A stretch of DNA of 64,000 bases from NCBI GenBank assembly GCA_963666205.1, contig OY762654.1, positions 32,001 through 96,000 of the forward strand. Reading direction: 5' to 3'. This DNA comes from Synergistales bacterium. Its GTDB lineage: Bacteria > Synergistota > Synergistia > Synergistales > JAFGMB01. Within the stretch, counting starts at the first letter, position 1, and the number at the start of each line of letters is the position of its first letter. Positions 39,019-48,098 of the stretch are shown here, one piece after another. Both the position numbers and the translations under genes were made by a program. The notes under the pieces are model-generated. The model was not told the DNA's origin and did no database searches. It saw only the letters and a program-made list of their open reading frames with translations.

Positions 39019-39318
39019 TTGAAGATCGTTACCAGTAGGGACATAAAAAACAACCCTAACATCCTTTTCGATAATCCCAGTGAAACTATCATAACCTCAA
39101 GAGGTCGACCCAGGGCCATTTGCATTCCCCTTGATGCTGATGAACTCGATGATATTAATGACTTTCTACGTTCCATCCACCATGCCCGTGCTAAACGTAG
39201 TGTTGAAAAAATAAGGGATCTGCTTCTCAGAACATCTGAAAGTCTTATGCATAATACTGCCAAAGCTCAGGAAATGGTGACCCAGGTAATCAGCAACCAC
39301 CAGGGAAGGTTATTTTAA
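39019..39318 (+). CDS. Phd/YefM-family antitoxin
   Basis: MKIVTSRDIKNN...IITSRGRPRAICIP pattern; RBS AGGAGGT precedes TTG; abuts the PIN gene. Confidence 0.8.
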   Translation: MKIVTSRDIKNNPNILFDNPSETIITSRGRPRAICIPLDADELDDINDFLRSIHHARAKRSVEKIRDLLLRTSESLMHNTAKAQEMVTQVISNHQGRLF

Positions 39319-39777
39319 ATGAAAAAACCACAAGCCATACCCCGAGTCGTTCTTGGTGCAGATGTTATATTAACTTCTCTAATCTTGCCTGCCAGTCCAG
39401 CTGCTCAGTTATTCAATATTGTTCTGGAGGGTAATGTTATACCTGTTATTGATTCCAGATTGTCTTCCATTTATGCGATGATCCTTAAATGTGACGATCT
39501 CAACCTTCCCCGAAACTTAATCAGAGATATGCTTTTAAAACTTTCACGGATATCTGATATTATTTCTCCTTCTCCATTTCCCTATCTTTCAGAAGATCTT
39601 CCTCCAGAGGATGTTCTCTACTTCCAGATAGCTTTTTCTGCCGGGACTATTCCTGTTATAAAGAGTACCCTGCACTATTACCTGAACTCAAGTCTTGCAA
39701 AAACAATTCCACTCTTTACACCCGCTGGATTTATAAAAGAATTGCAGCATATCAATGCTTGCTATCAAGTAGTTTAG
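39319..39777 (+). CDS. PIN-domain TA toxin homologue with degenerate active site
   Basis: RVVLGADVILTSLI...VIDSRLSSIY...LPPEDVLYFQIA...FTPAGFI follows the PIN toxin layout (VLDTNV, DPDD, TGN, TPAEF); start directly follows the antitoxin stop. Confidence 0.72.
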   Translation: MKKPQAIPRVVLGADVILTSLILPASPAAQLFNIVLEGNVIPVIDSRLSSIYAMILKCDDLNLPRNLIRDMLLKLSRISDIISPSPFPYLSEDLPPEDVLYFQIAFSAGTIPVIKSTLHYYLNSSLAKTIPLFTPAGFIKELQHINACYQVV

Positions 39778-39809
39778 AAGGACCTTCTCGTCATAGAGAT
39801 GGTCCTTCT
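39776..39809. terminator. Hairpin between the convergent PIN gene and pckA
   Basis: AGAAGGACC...TCTC/GAGA...GGTCCTTCT stem. Confidence 0.65.
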
Positions 39810-39823
39810 GTTTCTGCTGGATA

Positions 39824-41491
39824 TCAGGTATTCGAAATATTCAGTTCCTTAATTACTTTTTCCAGTGATTCCAGTGCATCTTCAGGAAGTATATCAAAAC
39901 CTCCTTTTTCCTTTTCTCGCGATTTTACATAATCTCTGCGGTCAAGGAATCTGGCCATCAGTTTCTCGTTATATGCCTTATCACTTGGGTCAGAATGAAA
40001 ACCTTCTATCTCCATGATATGGATGGCTGAGAAATTGCCCCATTTGGAGAAACAGGATTTTCTTTCTACAATCTGAGCAATAATATCGAGGGTTATTTCC
40101 TTAGTCACTTTATTCCCCATAAAGTCACCTGTATTCAGAATATAGCAATCAACTCCAGTATCAAGTAGTCCTTTGAATTTTTCATAATCCAGACCTAAAG
40201 GATAGGTACGAAAGGGATTTGCATATGGTTCAATTACCAGGGCTTCAGGGTCTACTCCAGGTGCCAGTCTTTCAGCAGAGGTTCTTTTGGTAGCAAGGGT
40301 TGCTCCCATTGCAGCACCCAGGGACGTATCAGTTAACTTTAAAACTGGAGGTAAAGTGGGATCCTTCATTAGCCAGAATATGGCGTTGATTTTCTCATCT
40401 ATTCGGTCCACACGTGTAGCCGACCATAATTTAGATTTGATTGCCCTTCCGTTGCCATTTCTTATATCTTCTGAAAGAAGTCCCAGTCTACCATCTTTCA
40501 TCTTCATTGCGCCATTGTTCTGGACTGTCAGGATAAATTTATTATCGGGGCACCCCATGGGATAATCTGCAGTCTTATCAAAATAAGAGGGTTCAAGGGC
40601 GATGGCATACTTTTCCTTGATATTTATGATAAAAGCATCATCATGAAGAACAGTTATGTCATATCTCTGGTCGTGGTCAGAATGGGTAATTGTAGATTTA
40701 CCGGATCCCGAAAGACCAAATACGGCTACAACAAAGTCCTCTCCCATGTCCTCTGTATGGGAGAGATTATAGCGTTTTAATCCACCATGGCACGAAGCAA
40801 AGCCATTTCTGACAGCAGTACCCCATGCCAGAGTTAAAGTTCCTTTTTTGAATTCTCCAAAATACCTCATTCCCAGGAGTGCGGCACAATTGTTATTGGG
40901 ATCAAAATAAGTTAATCCGAGAGGATGATCCGGATGGCACCAGTCGGGGTCAGAAAAAATAAATATATCACCTTCCTGGAAAGGTCTGGAATCTCTGTAC
41001 ATTTCCGAGTAGATATTATTTAAATACTGGAAATTGAGTAGCCAGTTATAGAGAATATTTTCATGTCCCTCCGGGATGAGAAGATGTGTCTTTACCATAA
41101 AGTCCTTTTCAAGGCCAATTATCGCTTCAGTATGGTATATAGTCCTCTTACGGGTATTGAAAATAGCTTCCCTAACCAATGAAGAATAAATCTCCTGATC
41201 AACGCCTGGCTCTCCAGCAATTTTCCTGGCAGCGGCGCAACGTCCTACAACGGCACCATCATTGAAAAGAAGTACATTTGAATTGATTGGTAAACCTTGT
41301 CCCATTGGCTGATAAATAGGCATACCTGTAAGTTCGATGGTTCCAGGACTATGTCTGGCCATCTCATATGCCTCTATCAAAGTAAGGATAGATTTTACAT
41401 TATTACCGTAGCAGGCTGTTTCAATGGTAGTTCTCAATCTCGAGATTTTTCCGGTAATATTTTCATCTGTCAAAAAATCCAGCGTTGACAT
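39824..41491 (-). CDS. pckA: Phosphoenolpyruvate carboxykinase (ATP), Firmicutes-like divergent type
   Basis: YFGEFKKG, CHGG, FGLSGSGKST (P-loop), LHDD, NGNGR, EPYANPF, YILNTG. Confidence 0.9.
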   Translation of the reverse strand: MSTLDFLTDENITGKISRLRTTIETACYGNNVKSILTLIEAYEMARHSPGTIELTGMPIYQPMGQGLPINSNVLLFNDGAVVGRCAAARKIAGEPGVDQEIYSSLVREAIFNTRKRTIYHTEAIIGLEKDFMVKTHLLIPEGHENILYNWLLNFQYLNNIYSEMYRDSRPFQEGDIFIFSDPDWCHPDHPLGLTYFDPNNNCAALLGMRYFGEFKKGTLTLAWGTAVRNGFASCHGGLKRYNLSHTEDMGEDFVVAVFGLSGSGKSTITHSDHDQRYDITVLHDDAFIINIKEKYAIALEPSYFDKTADYPMGCPDNKFILTVQNNGAMKMKDGRLGLLSEDIRNGNGRAIKSKLWSATRVDRIDEKINAIFWLMKDPTLPPVLKLTDTSLGAAMGATLATKRTSAERLAPGVDPEALVIEPYANPFRTYPLGLDYEKFKGLLDTGVDCYILNTGDFMGNKVTKEITLDIIAQIVERKSCFSKWGNFSAIHIMEIEGFHSDPSDKAYNEKLMARFLDRRDYVKSREKEKGGFDILPEDALESLEKVIKELNISNT

Positions 41492-41541
41492 GGACTTCCC
41501 CCACTTTCATTCAGTTTCAAAAGTGAATCTTGACTTAGAAT

Positions 41542-41578
41542 TCAAATGCCAATCCTTCATAAGTGGATTGGCATTTGA
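41542..41578. terminator. 14-bp perfect hairpin between rsfS and pckA
   Basis: TCAAATGCCAATCC-N9-GGATTGGCATTTGA; U-tract is weak. Confidence 0.55.
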
Positions 41579-41609
41579 TAATGTTCTGGTGAGATTTTAT
41601 ATTATTATC

Positions 41610-41978
41610 TTAATCCTGGTATTCATATGACATTGAGGGTGCATCACCCCACGTTTTTTCCAACCGGTAGAAATCCCTTCCCTGGCGACTGAAAATATGG
41701 ATAACTATGTATCCGCCATCTATAAGGCACCATTGGGTGCTATTATCTCCTTCTACAACCGAAGGTATTCCCATTTTATCAAGGCTTTCCCTTGCCGCGT
41801 CCCGCAGGGTTCTGATATGGATATTGGAGTTTGAAGTTACAAGAATAAAAACCTCTGCTATTGAGGATGTTTCAGACAGATCCATTATTGTAATATCAAG
41901 TCCTCTTTTGTCCGCTAATGCTTCCAGGATCGGTGCATATTCTTTTTTAAGACCCATTTTAGAAAAAGATCCCCCCAT
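41610..41978 (-). CDS. rsfS: Ribosome silencing factor RsfS (Iojap)
   Basis: DKRGLDI, WCLIDGG, VIHIF, RDFYRLEKTW. Confidence 0.93.
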   Translation of the reverse strand: MGGSFSKMGLKKEYAPILEALADKRGLDITIMDLSETSSIAEVFILVTSNSNIHIRTLRDAARESLDKMGIPSVVEGDNSTQWCLIDGGYIVIHIFSRQGRDFYRLEKTWGDAPSMSYEYQD

Positions 41979-42001
41979 TCATCGAATTTTTCCTTTATAT
42001 A

Positions 42002-43264
42002 TTACTCATTATCGTTCAATTGCTTCAATCTATCCAGTAGTAAATTATAATTATGTCCTAGTATGATCGTAGCATATGGTGCAGAATTATCCTGTTTTAC
42101 CAGACTGGAACTAATCTGACAAATCCCGGCAAGGGCTTTGGCCGTTTCTATTTTTTCCGGGTCCTGATTTGAAGGATAGATAATGTTGGAGTACTTGTAG
42201 TCAAAATGTTTAGCATTTCCGGTGTAGGCAACATCAATGCCCAGTTTCTGGAGAAAATCAGAAGCTTTTTTGCCGAGCCCAGATGTTCCGTTCCCGTTAA
42301 GAACAGCTACAGGTGATGTTATAGAACTCAGGTAATTGCTTATATCCTCTATATCAGGTTCTGGTGGTTTGTCCATAGGTCTTGGAAGATCTCCAGGTTT
42401 ACTGCTCAGGATTGTCGAAGCTTCAGAAATATCTCCTATCCAATAACTTACTTTAGATATATAGGCCGCCTTGCCAGGCAGAGTGAAGAACATCATGTTC
42501 TCCTTTGGAATGTCCTTCAGGTAAGATGCGAACTGGATTGCCTGAGTCGGATTCATATTACTGTTTACAAGTTTCAAGAGCTGTTTTGTAATAGAGGGTA
42601 ATTCGGACATCATTGCAGGGCTCTTTGCTTTGTCAAGTATAGCGGAAAGAAATTTCTGTTGTCGTTGCACCCTTCCAATATCACCCAGAGCATCATGCCG
42701 AAAACGGACATAACCCAGGGCAGTCTGACCATCCATATGCTGTAAACCCTTATTGATGTTGATATGAAGGTTTCCTGCATTATCATTATAAGAGAGTCTT
42801 TTCGCTACATCGATATCGACTCCGCCCATAAGATCAACTATTTCAGGAAAACTCTGGTAATTTACGATAATATGGTAATTAACAGGCATGCCAAGGTAAT
42901 TGACAATGGTTTTCTCCAGAAGTTTTTCCTTACCATATGCATAGGCATGATTGATTTTCTGCCAGCCATGTCCTTCGATCTGAACCCGTGTATCACGGGG
43001 AATAGACATCAACCTGACTATCTTGTTGTCAATATCTACAGTGCAGAAAGCAATTGTATCTGAACGGTGAACACCTTCAACATCGTCTATTCCTATGATC
43101 AGTATATTGACGTTTCCGGAAGCTTCATCATATTCAATATTTTCCTTTATATTGCCTGCGTCAGGTCGAAGGAAACTGTTCAATTTGATACCGGCCCCGA
43201 CTCCAGCAGAGATGACTGCAATTAAAAGGACTATTAAGAATTTCCCTATCTTCACTGAATTCAC
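42002..43264 (-). CDS. LCP (LytR-CpsA-Psr) family protein with C-terminal LytR_C domain
   Basis: N-terminal TM, GID, RSDTI, SIPRDT, KINHAY, YVRFRH, GDIGRVQRQQ; C-terminal VAVLNGNGTSGLG. Confidence 0.92.
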   Translation of the reverse strand: MNSVKIGKFLIVLLIAVISAGVGAGIKLNSFLRPDAGNIKENIEYDEASGNVNILIIGIDDVEGVHRSDTIAFCTVDIDNKIVRLMSIPRDTRVQIEGHGWQKINHAYAYGKEKLLEKTIVNYLGMPVNYHIIVNYQSFPEIVDLMGGVDIDVAKRLSYNDNAGNLHININKGLQHMDGQTALGYVRFRHDALGDIGRVQRQQKFLSAILDKAKSPAMMSELPSITKQLLKLVNSNMNPTQAIQFASYLKDIPKENMMFFTLPGKAAYISKVSYWIGDISEASTILSSKPGDLPRPMDKPPEPDIEDISNYLSSITSPVAVLNGNGTSGLGKKASDFLQKLGIDVAYTGNAKHFDYKYSNIIYPSNQDPEKIETAKALAGICQISSSLVKQDNSAPYATIILGHNYNLLLDRLKQLNDNE

Positions 43265-43899
43265 CGTCCGTTTCTCTTATATAGGCCTTTTTTATAAATA
43301 TATTGTTCCACCAGCTGGGGAACAATATATCTTATATTTTTTCCGTCTGCTACTCTTTCCCTGATTTCCGTACTTGAAATTGAGAGGAGTGGTATTTCCA
43401 GTAAAATTATGGCTTCCTTGTTTATCTGAACCGGAAGATCATCAAGGGAAACGCGTTTATATCCGGGCCTGCTTACAGCTACCACCTTGCATAGTTCAAA
43501 AATAAAGTCAAATTCCTTCCATTTGGGCATATCCAGAAATGCGTCAAGGCCTGTTATAAAGAAAAACTCAGTACTGCAAGGAGCAAACCAGTGGCGCATT
43601 TCGCGCAGAGTATCCACAGTATGACTGGCCTCCTTACGATCAATCTCGATTCTGGATGTTTTAAATGTCGGGTTATCCAGAGTTGTAAGAAGAACCATTG
43701 TGTATCTGTCTTCAGAAGAAGAAATATTGCGTCCCTTCTTGTGATAAGGGTTTCCCGTGGGGACAAAGATAACCTCTTCCAATCCAAGTGCAAAACAAGC
43801 CTCTTCTGCGGCAAGAAGATGTCCGTAGTGTATTGGGTCAAAGGTCCCACCCATTATACCGATTTTTCTTTTACGCAAGGCATGTGGTGTTACATGCAA
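43261..43899 (-). CDS. nadD: Nicotinate-nucleotide adenylyltransferase
   Basis: GGTFDPIHYGHL, FITGLD, ISSTEIR, YIYKKGLY. Confidence 0.96.
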   Translation of the reverse strand: MHVTPHALRKRKIGIMGGTFDPIHYGHLLAAEEACFALGLEEVIFVPTGNPYHKKGRNISSSEDRYTMVLLTTLDNPTFKTSRIEIDRKEASHTVDTLREMRHWFAPCSTEFFFITGLDAFLDMPKWKEFDFIFELCKVVAVSRPGYKRVSLDDLPVQINKEAIILLEIPLLSISSTEIRERVADGKNIRYIVPQLVEQYIYKKGLYKRNGR

Positions 43900-43931
43900 G
43901 AAGACTTCACTCCCGTGTATCCTGATGAAAA

Positions 43932-45242
43932 CTATTCCATTGCTTTCTCAGGTTGGAATTCAAAAACAATGTCTCCTATATATACATTATCTCCTGTTTT
44001 TGCGCCACTTTCCTCGAGCAGTTCTTCAACTTTAAACTTTTTAAGCAGACGGGCGAAGTGAAGAATTGCCTCATCGTGTTCAAAGTCGTACCGGACAATC
44101 GCTTTTTCAAGGTAAGGATGAATGATCCTGTATCCACTCTGGTCGTTAAGAAGTACAATCTGTACCGGTTGGATCCTGGATCTTTTCTTATGTCCCTCTT
44201 CTATCTTATGGACTGCAAATAAACGTGTTTCACCCTTAGGTCTTGGATGAAGTCTTACTGTGTCCAGGATCTGTGTTATTAGACCAGGTATGCCTTCTCC
44301 CGATACTGCACTGGTTTCTATATAGGTAATCCCCTGATCCTGCATGAAACTCCTTACCTTTGATGATAACGCAGCACCTTCTGGAAGGTCGATCTTATTT
44401 CCTGCGACAAGGTAGGGTCTATCCAGCAGAGACCTGTTGTATGCTTTGAACTCTCCAATGATGGTTTGCCATTGCCCTATCACATTTTCAAAGGAACCTG
44501 AGGAGAGATCTAACACATGAACCAGAACCCTGGTTCTTTCTATATGCCTGAGGAAGTAAATACCCAAGCCCTTATTATCTGATGCTCCTTCAATAAGACC
44601 CGGAACATCTGCTACGACCACCCGTTCATCATCAACTGAAAGAATTCCGAGATTTGGAGAGAGTGTGGTAAAAGGGTAACCTGCAATCTTGGGCTGTGCG
44701 TTTGAAATAGAAGCCAGTATGCTTGATTTACCAGCATTTGGAAGACCGACTAAACCCACATCTGCTATTAGCTTTAATTCGAGAATAAGGGCTCTTTCTT
44801 CCCCTTCTTCTCCCTTTTCTGCAAAACGTGGAGTTCTTCTAACAGAGTTTGCAAAATATGCGTTTCCCCTACCTCCTCTACCTCCCCTCGCTGCAAGAAA
44901 CCTGTCTCCGGGTTCGACAAGGTCTGCAAGAATCTCCTTTGTTTCTGCATCGTAGATTATGGTTCCATAGGGGACTTTTATCAAAAGATCCTTCCCACGA
45001 GATCCGATCTGTTTTTTGCCTTTCCCGTGATCTCCATGAGGGGCTGTGAATCTCTTGTTGAATTCAAAATCGGCAAGGGTATGTAGCCCCGGAACTGCTT
45101 CTATTATAATATTAGCACCATTACCTCCATCAGCTCCGTCTGGACCGCCTTTTGGAATAAACTTTTCTCTCCTGAAACTCAGGCAACCGTTTCCACCACG
45201 GCCAGCCTTGATATTTATTCTAACAAAATCAACAAATTTCAA
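43932..45242 (-). CDS. obg: GTPase Obg/CgtA with C-terminal extension domain
   Basis: FVD...GRGGNG..SFRREKF..KGGPDGADGG, GLPNAGKS, YPFTT, DVPG, NKID. Confidence 0.97.
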   Translation of the reverse strand: MKFVDFVRINIKAGRGGNGCLSFRREKFIPKGGPDGADGGNGANIIIEAVPGLHTLADFEFNKRFTAPHGDHGKGKKQIGSRGKDLLIKVPYGTIIYDAETKEILADLVEPGDRFLAARGGRGGRGNAYFANSVRRTPRFAEKGEEGEERALILELKLIADVGLVGLPNAGKSSILASISNAQPKIAGYPFTTLSPNLGILSVDDERVVVADVPGLIEGASDNKGLGIYFLRHIERTRVLVHVLDLSSGSFENVIGQWQTIIGEFKAYNRSLLDRPYLVAGNKIDLPEGAALSSKVRSFMQDQGITYIETSAVSGEGIPGLITQILDTVRLHPRPKGETRLFAVHKIEEGHKKRSRIQPVQIVLLNDQSGYRIIHPYLEKAIVRYDFEHDEAILHFARLLKKFKVEELLEESGAKTGDNVYIGDIVFEFQPEKAME

Positions 45243-45278
45243 TGATTACACCATCCGTATCTGTCTTTGATAAGTTGC

Positions 45279-45316
45279 AAAAAACAATGGGCCCAAGGTA
45301 AGCTTAGGCCCATTGT
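45279..45316 (-). terminator. Intrinsic terminator after rpmA
   Basis: Minus strand ACAATGGGCCTAAG-CTTAC-CTTGGGCCCATTGT followed by TTTTT. Confidence 0.8.
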
Positions 45317-45357
45317 CAGGAAATTGTAACAGTGAAAAGAGCTTAACAGTTAAATTA

Positions 45358-45648
45358 TTATACTTCAACAGATTCTTCGATCGAAACAAACTTTCTGGTT
45401 CCCTTTGTTTCAAACCGAACGATTCCAGTTGAAAGAGCAAAAAGAGTATCATCTTTGCCCTTCCCCACATTAATTCCAGGGTGTACCTTTGTTCCTCTCT
45501 GTCTGACCAGTATGTTACCTGCCTTGACAAATTGACCAGCGTATCTCTTGATACCCAGTCTCTTTCCCTCACTGTCTCTACCGTTCTGGCTGCTACCCTG
45601 TCCTTTTTTATGTGCGAAAATCTGAAGATCAAAAATTCTGTTAATCAT
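45358..45648 (-). CDS. rpmA: 50S ribosomal protein L27 with cleavable N-terminal extension
   Basis: [35 protein letters not shown]. Confidence 0.97.
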   Translation of the reverse strand: MINRIFDLQIFAHKKGQGSSQNGRDSEGKRLGIKRYAGQFVKAGNILVRQRGTKVHPGINVGKGKDDTLFALSTGIVRFETKGTRKFVSIEESVEV

Positions 45649-45974
45649 TTGTGCACCTCCGTGAACTTTACATTCTCGGGATAAGCTCTATGTATCTCTT
45701 TAATACTGAGAACGATCGTCCTTGTTAATATCTCCACCCTGTCATCATTAACAGGGAACGATAATCGAATAAATGGCTCATCCCCACTATTTTTAAAAAC
45801 TGTTTCAACGTTATTCAATCCCAGAACCTCTTCCAGGCCTATCGAAAGAGCCTGTATTAAAGTCGAAATACCAGCACAGACTATATCTGTTCCACAGACT
45901 CCGTATTCAGTATGACCAGACATAGATATTGCATTTAGTCGACCATTTTTATACTCACATAGTATTTCGGTCAT
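45645..45974 (-). CDS. prp: Ribosomal-processing cysteine protease Prp
   Basis: SGH...DIVCAGIS catalytic His/Cys, C-terminal YPENV; between rplU and rpmA. Confidence 0.93.
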   Translation of the reverse strand: MTEILCEYKNGRLNAISMSGHTEYGVCGTDIVCAGISTLIQALSIGLEEVLGLNNVETVFKNSGDEPFIRLSFPVNDDRVEILTRTIVLSIKEIHRAYPENVKFTEVHK

Positions 45975-46285
45975 TAAAAGTTTATAGAATCGATCTTGAT
46001 CTCTGTATAACGCTGTCTGTGTCCCCGAAGCCGACGGTAATTCTTTTTGCTCTTATACTTCAGAACAAGGATTTTGGAAGCCTTACCATGCTCTGTTACT
46101 GTAGCTTCAACAGTTGCACCGGCAACAAAAGGTTCTCCGACTGTAATCCCATTATCATCTGCAACAAGAAGGACTTTGTCAAAAGACACCTTTTCTCCCT
46201 CCCCGGTCTGTAGAAGTTCTACCTTCAAGACATCACCAGGGGTGACCCTGTACTGTTTGCCACCTGTTTCAACTATTGCATACAT
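45974..46285 (-). CDS. rplU: 50S ribosomal protein L21
   Basis: MYAIVETGGKQY, KYKSKKNYRRLRGHRQRYT. RBS GGAGG precedes ATG 46285. Confidence 0.97.
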   Translation of the reverse strand: MYAIVETGGKQYRVTPGDVLKVELLQTGEGEKVSFDKVLLVADDNGITVGEPFVAGATVEATVTEHGKASKILVLKYKSKKNYRRLRGHRQRYTEIKIDSINF

Positions 46286-46299
46286 CAAATAACTTCCTC

Positions 46300-46354
46300 C
46301 CTCCGCTGGATTATCAGGTAGCCACAAAGGGCTTTAAAGACCTGTTCCATGCGT
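46300..46354 (-). ncRNA. Probable L21 leader cis-regulatory RNA
   Basis: Minus strand CGCATGGAACAGGT...ACCTGATAATCCAGCGGAG: CGC/GCG, TGGA/TCCA and CAGGT/ACCTG pairings just before the rplU RBS. Confidence 0.65.
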
Positions 46355-46372
46355 TAATATCTAAACCTAAGC

Positions 46373-46401
46373 ATTGTATAGATTATGTTGAACTTAGTCA
46401 A
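46373..46401 (-). promoter_or_regulatory. Sigma70-type promoter of rplU-prp-rpmA
   Basis: TTGACT-N17-TACAAT on the minus strand. Confidence 0.8.
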
Positions 46402-46406
46402 CCTTT

Positions 46407-48098
46407 TTACAGAAGGTTTATGGTAGATGCTATATCAGCAATTCCTGTTTTCAGCAGTTTTCTTGCATGTTCTTGAGCTTCATAAAGATTATAGTCCCCT
46501 GATAGCATTCTTGCTATTTCTTTGACTCGTTGTTCTCCTTTTATTTCTTCAAGAGAACTTTCCATATCATGTTTTCTTATAACGAAGTGTTGGTCGGCTA
46601 TGGACGCGATGCTGGCTTCATGGGTTATGAGGATTACCTGGCATTTTTCAGAAAGTTGCTTGAGTTTATAGCCTGCAAGGACTGCTGCTCTTCCACCAAG
46701 TCCTGCTTCAACCTCATCAAAAACTACTGTTTCCGGTAATTGTTCATCAGGCAGTGAAACCTGAATGGAAAGAAGGATGCGGCTCAACTCACCCCCTGAA
46801 GAGATCTTGTTAACGGGACCAGAGGCCCCTTCCGGTGTTCGTAAGACAAATGAAACTTCATCAGCACCATTTACCCTAAGTTTGCCAAGTTCTTTGACTT
46901 CAACGTCAAAGACAAGTCCCATCATTGCAAGTTCACACATAACCCAGTTTACTCTAGTCTTGAGTTCTCTAGCTGCTTTATTCCTGAGTGTACGCAAGCG
47001 CATTGCCATTTGGCTTGCATTTTTCCTTAATTTTATACTTTCTTGTTCTTTTGATTCTATCCTCTGATAACTTTCAGTAAGCCATATCATTTCCTTATCA
47101 GCTTTTTGGCAGAATTCGATCAATTCTTCTATATCTGAAACCCTGGCGCGCCTCATAATCTTTTTTAAGATACCGGTTTTCTTTTCAGTTTCTTCATAGG
47201 ATATTTCCATTTCTTCAAGATTAAGTAGCCTGTTCTTATCCTCAGCCAGGGCAACAAGTTCGCCACTTTTTTCCATAGAAAGGGATAAAAGAGCGTTCCA
47301 TTCAGATTGTTCTTCTTTATTTGAATAATTGCACAGACTGGACAGTAGAGCATAAAAGGTATCTATGATTCCTTCTTCCATATCAGTCCCGGTCAATCTC
47401 AGAAGGGTTCCTTGAAGTTTGTTAGCAGAAGAAATCTGTTTCTGAAGTTCGATCAATGTCTGGTTCCATATTTTGTCACATCCTGGAAAAGGTTTAATTT
47501 TCCTGAAGTCCTGGATGATACTGTCAACATCTTTGTACTGTTCAATTATTCTTGACTGATTCTGTTTCAATTCGCGAATTTCTCCATCAAGTCTGAGAGC
47601 TTGCAGAAAGGTTCGTTTCAGGTCTGAGAGAATGTCTACCAGTTCTTTTCCCCCACAACTGTCTATAATTTCAAGTTGTTTATTCGGGGAAAGGAGGTCC
47701 AGTTGAGCGAACTGACTCTGTATTCGTATCTGGTTATCCATAAGACTGGAAAGGGAAGCAAGATGTACAGGTTGATCCTGTATCGTTGTACGTCCTTTAC
47801 CGTTTCTGAATATACTTCGACTGACAAGAAGAGTATTTTCTTCTGGAAATATTCCATCAGGCAAATCTGGTTTTTTCTGCAAAAGAAGCATGGCTCTTGC
47901 ACAGCCATGGTCTTCTCCATGACGAATCAACGATGTCTGGGCTCTTTTGCCTGAAATGAGTTCTATAGCCCGGACAACGCTGCTCTTACCAGCTCCGCTT
48001 TCACCAGTAATTGCAACGAACTTGCCTGATATTTGTAATGTAGCGGAGGAAAGACCTCCAATATTTGATATGGTTAGTTCATCGATCAAGAAAGTCAC
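46407..48098 (-). CDS. recN: DNA repair protein RecN
   Basis: ITGESGAGKS, long coiled coil, SSGGELSRILL, VFDEVEAG, QVILITH, EIARMLSG. Confidence 0.93.
   Translation of the reverse strand: MTFLIDELTISNIGGLSSATLQISGKFVAITGESGAGKSSVVRAIELISGKRAQTSLIRHGEDHGCARAMLLLQKKPDLPDGIFPEENTLLVSRSIFRNGKGRTTIQDQPVHLASLSSLMDNQIRIQSQFAQLDLLSPNKQLEIIDSCGGKELVDILSDLKRTFLQALRLDGEIRELKQNQSRIIEQYKDVDSIIQDFRKIKPFPGCDKIWNQTLIELQKQISSANKLQGTLLRLTGTDMEEGIIDTFYALLSSLCNYSNKEEQSEWNALLSLSMEKSGELVALAEDKNRLLNLEEMEISYEETEKKTGILKKIMRRARVSDIEELIEFCQKADKEMIWLTESYQRIESKEQESIKLRKNASQMAMRLRTLRNKAARELKTRVNWVMCELAMMGLVFDVEVKELGKLRVNGADEVSFVLRTPEGASGPVNKISSGGELSRILLSIQVSLPDEQLPETVVFDEVEAGLGGRAAVLAGYKLKQLSEKCQVILITHEASIASIADQHFVIRKHDMESSLEEIKGEQRVKEIARMLSGDYNLYEAQEHARKLLKTGIADIASTINLL

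Noticed and set aside
38234-39823. Second dif-like site that would make the TA region an Xer-integrated element
   Set aside because: No further ATAA-N6-TTAT site with matching arms was found by eye, and there is no integrase or replication gene.
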